Source: Chlamydiia bacterium (GTDB lineage Bacteria; Chlamydiota; Chlamydiia; Chlamydiales; FEN-1388). From it: a DNA stretch of 45,711 bases. Position 1 is the first letter of the stretch; every line of letters starts with the position of its first letter. The DNA lies in the NCBI GenBank assembly GCA_903848235.1, contig CAINFV010000089.1, positions 1-45,711 on the forward strand, in the 5' to 3' direction. Position numbers and translations under genes: made by a program. This document shows positions 37,720 to 45,711 of this stretch, one piece after another. The notes beneath the pieces were generated by a model. It did not search any database. It saw nothing but the letters and a program-made list of their open reading frames with translations, and was not told the origin of the DNA.

Positions 37720-38157
37720 ATGGTAATCGAACGTACTTTATCAATGGCAAAGCCAGATGCAGTAGAGAAGAATTGCATTGGTGCTGTTGTTGCTCGTTTA
37801 GAGCAAGTAGGACTGAAGGTAGTGGCGGCAAAGATGGTTCTTCTGACACGCTCTGAAGCAGAGCGCTTCTATGCCGTGCATAAGGGAAAGCATTTCTTCG
37901 AGACTCTTGTGACTTTTATCACAAGCGGGCCGTTGCTGGCGATGGTTCTAGAAGGGGAAAATGCGATTCTTAAGAACCGGGAAGTTATGGGCGCTACGGA
38001 TCCAAGGAAAGCGCTTCCTGGCACCATTCGTGGGGATTTTGCAAAGGACATTGGAGATAGAATGGAGCGTAATGTCGTCCATGGCTCTGATGCCCCAGAG
38101 ACTGCGAAGAATGAAATTGGCTTTTTCTTTGGTGAGATGGAGATCTTCTCTCGCTAG
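37720..38157 (+). CDS. ndk: Nucleoside diphosphate kinase
   Basis: [41 protein letters not shown]. Confidence 0.97.
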   Translation: MVIERTLSMAKPDAVEKNCIGAVVARLEQVGLKVVAAKMVLLTRSEAERFYAVHKGKHFFETLVTFITSGPLLAMVLEGENAILKNREVMGATDPRKALPGTIRGDFAKDIGDRMERNVVHGSDAPETAKNEIGFFFGEMEIFSR

Positions 38158-38170
38158 TCTTCTTTGTTTT

Positions 38171-38215
38171 AAAAAGGTTGCAAGAACATCCTATACCTCT
38201 TCTTGCAGCCTTTTT
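38171..38215. terminator. Bidirectional intrinsic terminator between ndk and the HD gene
   Basis: AAAAAGGTTGCAAGAA / TTCTTGCAGCCTTTTT stem with A and T tracts on each side. Confidence 0.7.
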
Positions 38216-38216
38216 C

Positions 38217-39221
38217 TCAATTCTTATCCTCAAATCCGATACAGTACGATTTTGGACGCGACTCGGCAAGAAGAGTCTGAAGCCAATCTGGTTGCAGATC
38301 TGACAGCCGGTACAATCCTCCTCGATGCATGCAGAGTGGATTGACGACGCGCGATTTACAGTAGACTACACTCTCTGGTGTTGAGGGGGTATCTACGAAG
38401 GGAATTGTATTGTTCATCCGCTCAAACAGCAGTTGCAGGTGAGCATCTCCTGACAGATGTTGCCGTATCATTTCTATGACACTACGGTCTGTCCCATACA
38501 AGTCATCGTGGCTTAGATAGTGTTGTTGATAGGCATAGCGGAGGCAATCGCCGACGGTTTTGAACATGGCGGCGGAGTTGATGCCGCACCATAAGGTGGA
38601 GTTGAGTTGTGAGAACAGCTCTGCGTACTCTCGTGCCGTGGGTACGTCAAAGAAAAACCACTCTTGCCCATTGGTAGACAGCTTGGCAATGATAGCCTGT
38701 ACTTCTTGCGGTGTTCGCATGTCAGATGCGAGTGCCGCGCGAAATGAATAATCAATTCGATCTGCGCAGAGGTCAGGGAGTGGTTGTTCTTTGAGAGGAA
38801 ATCGTGTGTCGTCGAGGATGACATCAATGTTCAGGCTGTGCTTGGCAATGATTGCTGGTATCTCTGATGCTCTGACATATTCTTCGAAAACATTGTCCTG
38901 GTGTGATTGGGTTTTGCCTCCGTCCGTCCCTGCGAGAGTATAGTCGGCACAATGGGAGAAGGCGGTATGAGAGGCGTCATGGATAAGGCCTGCTATCTGT
39001 TCTTCAAGAGAGGCTTTATAGAGGTTGAGAAGAAGGTAGACGCCTAACGAGTGTTCAAAGCGAGTATGTTTTTTGAGCGATGGAAAAAATGGTTCTGGAT
39101 AGCCTGCCTGGTCAATTTCCTTCAAGCGTTGTATCGAAGGGCCGTTTATAAGATCGACAATGACGGGTTCTGTGATGAGATGGTGTCCGAAGACACGGTC
39201 GGTGTATGAAAGCGGTTGCAT
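38217..39221 (-). CDS. HD-domain phosphohydrolase (dNTP triphosphohydrolase-like)
   Basis: QRLKEIDQAG, HTRFEHSLG, HDASHTAFSH, CADRIDY. Confidence 0.88.
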   Translation of the reverse strand: MQPLSYTDRVFGHHLITEPVIVDLINGPSIQRLKEIDQAGYPEPFFPSLKKHTRFEHSLGVYLLLNLYKASLEEQIAGLIHDASHTAFSHCADYTLAGTDGGKTQSHQDNVFEEYVRASEIPAIIAKHSLNIDVILDDTRFPLKEQPLPDLCADRIDYSFRAALASDMRTPQEVQAIIAKLSTNGQEWFFFDVPTAREYAELFSQLNSTLWCGINSAAMFKTVGDCLRYAYQQHYLSHDDLYGTDRSVIEMIRQHLSGDAHLQLLFERMNNTIPFVDTPSTPESVVYCKSRVVNPLCMHRGGLYRLSDLQPDWLQTLLAESRPKSYCIGFEDKN

Positions 39222-39271
39222 GGATAACCTCTCCGTTAAGGACTGTCCAACGTATTTTTGTGCACAGTCCC

Positions 39272-39997
39272 TTACACTGTGAAGTCTTCTCCGAAGTACC
39301 GTGTTTTGGCCTGTGCGTCAGCGAGCAGCTCTGCTGAGGTGCCGGAGCTGAGGAGCTTGCCATCGGCCACGAGATAGCCTCTGTTGACGACGGAGACTAG
39401 CTCCCGGGCATTATGGTCGGTGATGAGGACGGCGATCCCTTTGCTTTTGAGGAGCTGGATCATGGACTTAAGATCTGCGATGGCAAGAGGGTCGATATTG
39501 GCAAAGGGCTCATCGAGCATTAGGCAGCGAGGGTTGGTGGCGAGGGCGCGGGCAATCTCTAGGCGTCGACGTTCTCCCCCAGAGAGGGTGGAGGCTTTCT
39601 TAGAAGAGAAGGCGGTGAGCCCGAGCTCATTGAGGAGGGTATCCTTGCGATGGTTGATGGTGTCCGTGTCATTTTCGAGTGCTTCGAGGACGGAGAGGAG
39701 GTTTTGTTCTACTGTGAGATCGCGAAAGACCGATGGCTCTTGTGGGAGGTAGCCCAGCCCCAAGCGTGAGCGGCAGTGGATGGGAAGTGCTGTGACATCG
39801 ATGCCGTTGAAGATCACCTTTCCTGCATCGGGTTTGATGAGGCCGATGATCATGTAAAACGCTGTTGTCTTGCCAGCGCCGTTTGGGCCGAGTAGCCCAA
39901 CAACTTCCCCTGGGGCAACGTGAAGCGACAGTCCGTTGACGACACAGCGGTTGCCATACGATTTGACAAGGTCAGATACGCAGAGGCCTTCGTTCAT
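39272..39997 (-). CDS. lptB: LPS export ABC transporter ATP-binding protein
   Basis: GLLGPNGAGKTT, GYLPQEPSVFR, LSGGERRRLEIARAL, LDEPFA, ITDHN. Confidence 0.93.
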   Translation of the reverse strand: MNEGLCVSDLVKSYGNRCVVNGLSLHVAPGEVVGLLGPNGAGKTTAFYMIIGLIKPDAGKVIFNGIDVTALPIHCRSRLGLGYLPQEPSVFRDLTVEQNLLSVLEALENDTDTINHRKDTLLNELGLTAFSSKKASTLSGGERRRLEIARALATNPRCLMLDEPFANIDPLAIADLKSMIQLLKSKGIAVLITDHNARELVSVVNRGYLVADGKLLSSGTSAELLADAQAKTRYFGEDFTV

Positions 39998-40584
39998 GTG
40001 GATTTCTCTTCTGTAGGAACGCTCTGTTCATCCGATGTCTCATGCGGAGCATGGGCAAGGGGGATAGGGCGTAGGTATTCAATATTGACAGCACCTTCAC
40101 CGCGCATTGAGGTGAGGGAGTATCCAAGAGGAGTCTTGGTGATCTTTGCCTTCAGCGCCCGTCCTGTGGCGCGTACGGGGATTTTCTGATGTTCGTTGGT
40201 GGCAAATGAGGTATACGTTACTTTTGTTGGCGGGTGGGCGATGAAGGTGCCTTCGAGAGCCTGGCAATCGATTTCTCCTTCATCGGCCATCAAGTGGCTT
40301 CCGTCTGAGAAATCGATAACGACATTTCCTTTTAGGAAGAGGGTGTTCACAGCCATGGCGCCGTCATCTTTCTTCTCCTGGGGCAGCATGAGGGTTCCCT
40401 CATCACAATGGAGCACTCCTATCTCATGGATGACTTTCACATGCCCGACGAGGTGGAGGGTCTTACCTTCAAGGTCCACATGCTCAGCCTCCACTTGCTG
40501 GAGGGGGAGAAGGGGGATTCCAACACTCTCGAGAGGAAGGAGGTGTCCTACGAGTGCGAGCAGGCATAGGCAGTAACTTCTCAT
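39994..40584 (-). CDS. LptA/OstA-like periplasmic LPS transport protein
   Basis: Signal peptide, beta-jellyroll-like repeats (LVGHVKV, LKGNVVI, GEGAVNI), directly upstream of lptB. Confidence 0.55.
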   Translation of the reverse strand: MRSYCLCLLALVGHLLPLESVGIPLLPLQQVEAEHVDLEGKTLHLVGHVKVIHEIGVLHCDEGTLMLPQEKKDDGAMAVNTLFLKGNVVIDFSDGSHLMADEGEIDCQALEGTFIAHPPTKVTYTSFATNEHQKIPVRATGRALKAKITKTPLGYSLTSMRGEGAVNIEYLRPIPLAHAPHETSDEQSVPTEEKST

Positions 40585-41318
40585 TTTGTAATCCCATGAT
40601 TTAAGTGAAGCTTTACACCTTGGCAGCTCACCTGCTGCCGTCCTTTTTTGTCAAAGAAGAAGGTGAGGGAATGGGCTGTCCCTTGAGCGATGATCTGCCC
40701 TGCATCTGGACTTGATGGCAGGTCATGGCCTTGTACTTTCAACACGCTAAAAAACGCCGTGTCTGCCACCAGCTGGTTCGTTTCTGGATTCCACTCCGCC
40801 GTTTCTGCATCAAAAAACCGCGCTCGCTGGGCAGGAGATATCTGTCGATAGAGGCGCTCAGGGACTGCCTGATGGGGGGGGGATTCTTTGACCCATCTGT
40901 CGCCTTGTTTGATAACATGTTCTCCTGTGGACGCTATTTCCCAAAAAAGCTCTTCTTGGAGGCATCCTTTTGGATGGACAAACGACTCCTTCATAGAGCG
41001 TCCTTTTGCTACAATCGAGGTTAGGACTTCCGCTGATGTAGCTTCGAGGAAAAACTGCCGCCGCGGCCCCGCAGGATCCTGGATCCACAGATGCCGGCTT
41101 ACGCCTGTTCGCTCCTGTTTGAAGAAGAGGTCTTCTTTGTTTTCTCGTGCTTTTCGTATGTTCCCGCGTCGCGACAGTTTGACTTTGTCGAAATCGTGCA
41201 CCTTCGATTCGTGGATGCGATACGTTCTTACGACCATCCCTATGAGGAGGAATGCGATGAATGCCCCCCATAAAAAGCGCTGTGTACGCCAGCGTCGCGG
41301 TTCAGAGTGAAGATCCAT
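40581..41318 (-). CDS. LptC-like single-pass membrane protein
   Basis: One N-terminal TM helix; position between kdsA and lptA/lptB; call rests mainly on context. Confidence 0.45.
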   Translation of the reverse strand: MDLHSEPRRWRTQRFLWGAFIAFLLIGMVVRTYRIHESKVHDFDKVKLSRRGNIRKARENKEDLFFKQERTGVSRHLWIQDPAGPRRQFFLEATSAEVLTSIVAKGRSMKESFVHPKGCLQEELFWEIASTGEHVIKQGDRWVKESPPHQAVPERLYRQISPAQRARFFDAETAEWNPETNQLVADTAFFSVLKVQGHDLPSSPDAGQIIAQGTAHSLTFFFDKKGRQQVSCQGVKLHLNHGITK

Positions 41319-42148
41319 CACAGGGAGGGTATCCTTTGTACTGTTTCGTGAAGAGACAGCAAGATATCGAGCAATGCGCTGAGCTGATCGATGGGGAAGA
41401 CTGTTGCGCTGTCGCTCAATGCTTGGGGTGGGTTTGTATGGGTTTCTATGAAGAGAGCCTGGATGCCGGTTGCCACAGCGCTTCTTGCAAGCAGAGGGAT
41501 AAATTCTCGCTGGCCGCCTGACGAGGTGCCCTGACCTCCTGGTAGCTGGACAGAATGCGAAGCGTCGAAGGATACAGGCACTCCAAAGCGAGCCATGATC
41601 GCCAGTGAGCGCATATCGCTGACGAGGTTGTTATAGCCAAAGGATGTCCCGCGGTCACAGAGAATCACCTGTGTGTTTCCCGCAGCGCGAGCTTTTTCTA
41701 CGATATTCCCCATGTCCCACGGAGCCATGAACTGCCCTTTTTTGACGTGGAGGGGCCTTCCTGTTTTTGCTGCCGCTACGACGAGATCTGTCTGCCGGCA
41801 GAGGAATGCCGGAATCTGGAGGACATCGAGCACTTCACTTGCTGCCTGCACTTCTTCTGGCAGGTGGATGTCTGAGAGTACTGGAATGCCGAACTGCTTT
41901 TTTACGTCGCTGAGGATGGATAGTCCCTCTTCTAAGCCTGGACCTCTAAAGGAGTGAAAGGATGATCGATTTGCTTTGTCATAGCTTGCCTTGAAGATGA
42001 GATTGATATTCTTCTTCTCAACAATGCGGACGAGCTTTTCGGCGCATTCGAGAGTATGGTCTCTACTTTCGATGATACATGGGCCTGAGATGAGCGTTAA
42101 CGGCTGTCCCTGTCCAATTTTGAAATTTCCAACGGTTACGGTGTTCAT
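41318..42148 (-). CDS. kdsA: 3-deoxy-8-phosphooctulonate (KDO8P) synthase
   Basis: GPCIIES, KASYDKANRSS, QIPAFLCRQTDL, KKGQF, RGTSFGY, FDASHSVQ. Confidence 0.97.
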   Translation of the reverse strand: MNTVTVGNFKIGQGQPLTLISGPCIIESRDHTLECAEKLVRIVEKKNINLIFKASYDKANRSSFHSFRGPGLEEGLSILSDVKKQFGIPVLSDIHLPEEVQAASEVLDVLQIPAFLCRQTDLVVAAAKTGRPLHVKKGQFMAPWDMGNIVEKARAAGNTQVILCDRGTSFGYNNLVSDMRSLAIMARFGVPVSFDASHSVQLPGGQGTSSGGQREFIPLLARSAVATGIQALFIETHTNPPQALSDSATVFPIDQLSALLDILLSLHETVQRIPSL

Positions 42149-42705
42149 CAATGCTCCTTCAGAGAGGGGTGCTTAAGAGGGTTAGCTGATAAAATTTTCT
42201 CTGCTCGTTGGTCTGTTGTTTCTTTCAATCGTTGAATATGATCGCTGATATTGACTTTTTGCGGCTCAAAAGAAGTAGGAATTTCAAGATATTCGTCATC
42301 GAGGAGTTCACAGAGAGGGAGGAGGACAAAAAGCCTGTCCAACATCCGAGGATGAGGTAGTGTTAGGGAGGGGGTTTGCAGGAAGCAGTGTCCTACGAGG
42401 AGAAGATCGAGGTCGATAGTCCGTGGTAGGCCCTGTCCTTTTTCTGTTCTGCCATATTCCTTCTCTATCCGTGTGAGGTGGGAGAAAAGAGCTTGTGGCG
42501 AGTGGAGGGTGGAAAAGGAGCAGACGCAGTTGAGGAAGTCTTCTTGTGGGCAGACGCCGACTGGCGATGTGCGCCATAGCGATGACAAGGCGAAGTCCTT
42601 CACGTCAGGCAGTGATGCTATGTGTTGGCAGATTTCTTTGATGGTCTTTTCGCACACACCCTTGTTGGCGCCAATGCTAACAAAAGTGCGATGCCACAGC
42701 GTCAT
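42148..42705 (-). CDS. folK: 2-amino-4-hydroxy-6-hydroxymethyldihydropteridine pyrophosphokinase
   Basis: SIGAN, FLNCV, IEKEYGR, PRTIDLDLL, LPHPRMLDRLFVLLPL. Confidence 0.92.
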   Translation of the reverse strand: MTLWHRTFVSIGANKGVCEKTIKEICQHIASLPDVKDFALSSLWRTSPVGVCPQEDFLNCVCSFSTLHSPQALFSHLTRIEKEYGRTEKGQGLPRTIDLDLLLVGHCFLQTPSLTLPHPRMLDRLFVLLPLCELLDDEYLEIPTSFEPQKVNISDHIQRLKETTDQRAEKILSANPLKHPSLKEH

Positions 42706-42939
42706 GTGTGCCTTCTTCGTTCATTTACAAAAAGTCCAGCATATAGTGAGAGGGAATATCGCAAAAGGGTAGTTCTAAACGAGTAGTGATATAATTCTAT
42801 ATCCATATCCATCATTACAACACATGTTTTTCGCTGCTATTTATATATCGCTGTATTATTTATCCGCGACCGATAATTACATGCTTGAAGAAGTTATGTT
42901 TTAGTATAATATTTTCGTTTTAGTTTCTAATAAAATAAA

Positions 42940-43527
42940 ATGGAGATGAAATTATGGCTCTTGCTTCTTACCAAGAGGGATATCCCAGCCTGTGCCACAA
43001 CAACTGCAGGATCATGTTATAAATGTTTTTTCTATGATGTGCCAACTGCTCCTGAGGAGCTTCGCCATTTTGAGGAAGTCGTTGACGCCGTGTATCGAAA
43101 GATAAGCTCTGCAATCCGTGAAAATAAAGCAAAAGATCCAAAATGGCAAGACGCTCCGACTCCAAGAGCCATTCCGGACCCTTGTCCCGCCCCGGCAGCA
43201 TCACTTCGAGAATACGCGTACTTTTCGCCTCTTTTAGACGATCCAAATATTTCAAGGGAGTTGTCTTCCGAAACAGACTTGGGTCAGCGTAAGAGTATTG
43301 TTGCTTGCCGATGTTTCGGCATTGTCCGATTGGGCGAGACTTCCACGGAAGACGGTCGTGTTGAATCTCGAGCGTGCCTTGTAAAAACAGTGCCGGTACA
43401 GCACATAGATTCTTTGACCAATTCCAAAGATCTTGTCATCGCCATCGTACCATGCCCACTCTGCGGAGGCATTGCCAGCTGCATTCACACCAATTTGAGG
43501 AGCAGGAACGTTCTGGCCCATGTCTGA
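42940..43527 (+). CDS. Cys-rich hypothetical protein (start uncertain)
   Basis: 195-aa ORF after an AT-rich spacer; CYKC, CRC, CPLC motifs. Confidence 0.5.
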   Translation: MEMKLWLLLLTKRDIPACATTTAGSCYKCFFYDVPTAPEELRHFEEVVDAVYRKISSAIRENKAKDPKWQDAPTPRAIPDPCPAPAASLREYAYFSPLLDDPNISRELSSETDLGQRKSIVACRCFGIVRLGETSTEDGRVESRACLVKTVPVQHIDSLTNSKDLVIAIVPCPLCGGIASCIHTNLRSRNVLAHV

Positions 43528-43607
43528 GATGAGTTCAGGCAGCAACTTGGGTTTCAACATGCGGGACATCATGCAACCGCTTTTCGTAAAAAAATGGGTA
43601 CGAGAAC

Positions 43608-44945
43608 TTAATGATCCCCTATGGTTCCTTGTCGTAATAATGCTTTTACCTCAGCAGGAGCAAGTGGCTCGAGCCTATATAAGCGATCTATAAAGCCTTC
43701 ATTGTCGAATAAACGAAATGCTAATGAATAAAATTCGCTCTTAATTATCTCGCTGCTTTCTATAACCGATCGAAGTTTTTCATTTCTTAGTATCGCAATA
43801 AAACGACTAGGCAGCTTGGCAGCTAAGGACTCATCCTTCGTTGCTTCAGCAATACTGGTTAACAGATTCAACGTCCGAAAAATTGCAAAAAACTTGTCCT
43901 CTGGTCTTGCCATATCTACGGTTCGCATTTCTTGACTTAAGGCATTTAGAGCTTTATCAAATGCTCTGACGTTAACATCCATGAAATCGGGTGCAAGAAA
44001 TGTTCTATAAATAGTTAAGGCAATTTTTTTTGATTCGTCAGGAATGGCAGTGAAAGAATATAAATCAGATAATGACTCAGCAAGTTGCAGATGAGAAAGT
44101 GTGGAAAGAAGTTGAGATACAACAACTCCTTTTTTCTCTGGTAAAAGATCAGTCATATACAAAAAGGAAACGGTGAGAAGATCCTTTTTGTCCTGATCTG
44201 ATAGATTTTTCAGCAATTCGTCAGGGATTGTATCACCCGATTTCACAAATTCGTAACTTCTATAGTACGGTTCCCTTGCAAGGATTGTATCGCAAATTCC
44301 CAAGAGCGCCCTGAGCGCAGTCTTTTCCTTGTACGTTAACTCTTTGTCGCACTCACTTAAGAGGGCTTGAGAATGTCTTGATACTTCTTTTACTCCAGCA
44401 AGAGTTGTGGGATCGAGACTCGGTGAGCCGAGTAGCTCGCCCTCCAAATTCGCGATTGCCTCCTGAATTTGCGGCAAGATAGAACATTTTTCTGTCGCTG
44501 CTATGAGTGCTTTTCTCTGCGCTGATGTCGGATCCTCTGATGCAAGCATTTGGTCAGCTCTTCGTTTGATTTCGGAAAAACCTTTTACAAGAGCGACTAG
44601 GTTTGTTGTTTTTTCTCTTAGCTTATCCACTTGATTCGTTAGATCCCGAATTGAACCTGATAGATCCCGATGGGGAGTCCTAGGGGGCATATGCTCGTGA
44701 GGTTTTACTGATGTCACCATTGTTTCAGAAGCTGTCAACGGTGATTCCTCATGAGGTAACTTCTCGATCTTTGCTTTCGAGACATGCTCGACTTGTCGTC
44801 CTTCTCCAACTTCACCTCCCCCTATCCCAGCAGCAGCGGCAGCCGTTTTAACCGTCTCTAGACCTGGCGTATCACTGCTAGGCTTTGGTGTTCCTGGTGA
44901 TTGAAAAGATGGCCCTTCTCCTTCTATTCTTGTATCCCCAGACAT
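43608..44945 (-). CDS. Hypothetical protein, low-complexity N-terminus plus helical/coiled-coil region; candidate effector
   Basis: GGAGG RBS before ATG 44945; Ser/Pro/Gly-rich start, heptad-like IRDLTNQVDKLREKTTNL. Confidence 0.65.
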   Translation of the reverse strand: MSGDTRIEGEGPSFQSPGTPKPSSDTPGLETVKTAAAAAGIGGGEVGEGRQVEHVSKAKIEKLPHEESPLTASETMVTSVKPHEHMPPRTPHRDLSGSIRDLTNQVDKLREKTTNLVALVKGFSEIKRRADQMLASEDPTSAQRKALIAATEKCSILPQIQEAIANLEGELLGSPSLDPTTLAGVKEVSRHSQALLSECDKELTYKEKTALRALLGICDTILAREPYYRSYEFVKSGDTIPDELLKNLSDQDKKDLLTVSFLYMTDLLPEKKGVVVSQLLSTLSHLQLAESLSDLYSFTAIPDESKKIALTIYRTFLAPDFMDVNVRAFDKALNALSQEMRTVDMARPEDKFFAIFRTLNLLTSIAEATKDESLAAKLPSRFIAILRNEKLRSVIESSEIIKSEFYSLAFRLFDNEGFIDRLYRLEPLAPAEVKALLRQGTIGDH

Positions 44946-45109
44946 GCAACAACCCTCCAATAAATCTATGCTGTATCTCGGTCCTCATTTATCCTCATAT
45001 ATATTTTTTGTGTATATTTGTACACAATTCTAGAGGCGTGCTACATGATCTTCACACGGATCTTCTTGGAGTCAAATCAAAAAGCCCAAAACAAAACATG
45101 CGTAACCTG

Positions 45110-45274
45110 AGCTGGACTTTAGCATTTTTTGGGCCTGATTTCGCATTCGTTCTCTCTTTAGACTTTTTGCATTTATCGTAGATGGCCTAACCAAAGACGA
45201 TCTATGATAAATTTATTCGTCTAAAGAGAGAGCGCTCTGCGAGCTCGGTGCCCCAAAAATGCTAAAGTCCAGCT
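45110..45274. repeat. Palindromic element family A, full-length diverged copy
   Basis: AGCTGGACTTTAGCATTTTTGGG / CCCAAAAATGCTAAAGTCCAGCT ends; collinear with 9857-10016. Confidence 0.92.
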
Positions 45275-45278
45275 GAGA

Positions 45279-45438
45279 GGTTTTTTGCAAAACTAGCGGT
45301 TGTGCTCTGCTCGGGGAGGCTCGAATAGAGAGGGTATCTCTCACCTCGCCCATAGCTAGCGCTATTGGCTTTGCCGAGATAAACGCTCCCTTCGTCGCCG
45401 GCGCTTGCATATCGCAGCCGCTAGTTTTGCAAAACCCC
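45279..45438. repeat. Palindromic element family B, copy 2
   Basis: TTTTGCAAAACTAGCGG / CCGCTAGTTTTGCAAAA ends; collinear with 21373-21531. Confidence 0.88.
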
Positions 45439-45550
45439 CCTGAGTTAATAAAACCAGAAGAGTGCACGCGATTGATTTTGACTTGTGGCAAATTGTTTTT
45501 TCTCGTCTGAGATAGACTCTTCAGGGCAATAAAAAACATGTCGAATATGT

Positions 45551-45600
45551 CATTGTTCCCTTCTCACAACCTGGTGCGTCGTGAGAAGGGACAATGTTTT
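45551..45600 (+). terminator. Terminator-like hairpin with no upstream plus-strand gene
   Basis: CATTGTTCCCTTCTCAC / GTGAGAAGGGACAATG stem followed by TTTT. Confidence 0.5.
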
Positions 45601-45711
45601 GGATGAAACAGACGCTTTTTTTTAGTGCTCTATCTTTAGTTTCTTATGGGCACTTTCGGTGTTATTTGCGTTGACAGCCGTGATAGAAAACTTTTTCCAA
45701 GAGTGTTTCCA

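Noticed and set aside
45213-45539. 108-aa ORF, and similar ORFs 44885-45181, 21438-21884, 9920-10234, 27416-27772
   Set aside because: Open frames running through palindromic elements or antisense to real genes; shared WTLAFFG peptides simply reflect the repeat

Overview
Chromosomal segment of an environmental Chlamydiota bacterium (inferred from a CdsF/SctF-type needle subunit, adjacent alaS-mfd, stand-alone nqrF and a kdsA-lptC-lptA-lptB operon). It holds housekeeping genes (yajC 3' end, htpG, nqrF, nadE, alaS, mfd, epmA-efp, ndk, folK-kdsA-lpt) interleaved with accessory DNA. The accessory DNA comprises: (i) a cluster of eight glycan-active genes (GT92, 3x GT2, 3x GT32, one beta-propeller) that all begin with signal-peptide-like N-termini; (ii) several candidate type III effectors (OTU deubiquitinase, a 1175-aa protein with Tyr-acidic 12-aa repeats and a duplicated HHSSF..SGHY domain, a paralog pair with a new W-K/R-K-D-F/Y-x-P domain); (iii) three unrelated families of ~160-bp long-hairpin intergenic elements, two of which occur as composites and show compensatory substitutions; (iv) a 22-bp motif TTCTTGAACAAGAAGARGYATA found three times upstream of accessory genes. 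Two genes carry single in-frame stops. No tRNA, rRNA, CRISPR array or transposase was seen. All calls rest on motif recognition by eye; no searches were run.
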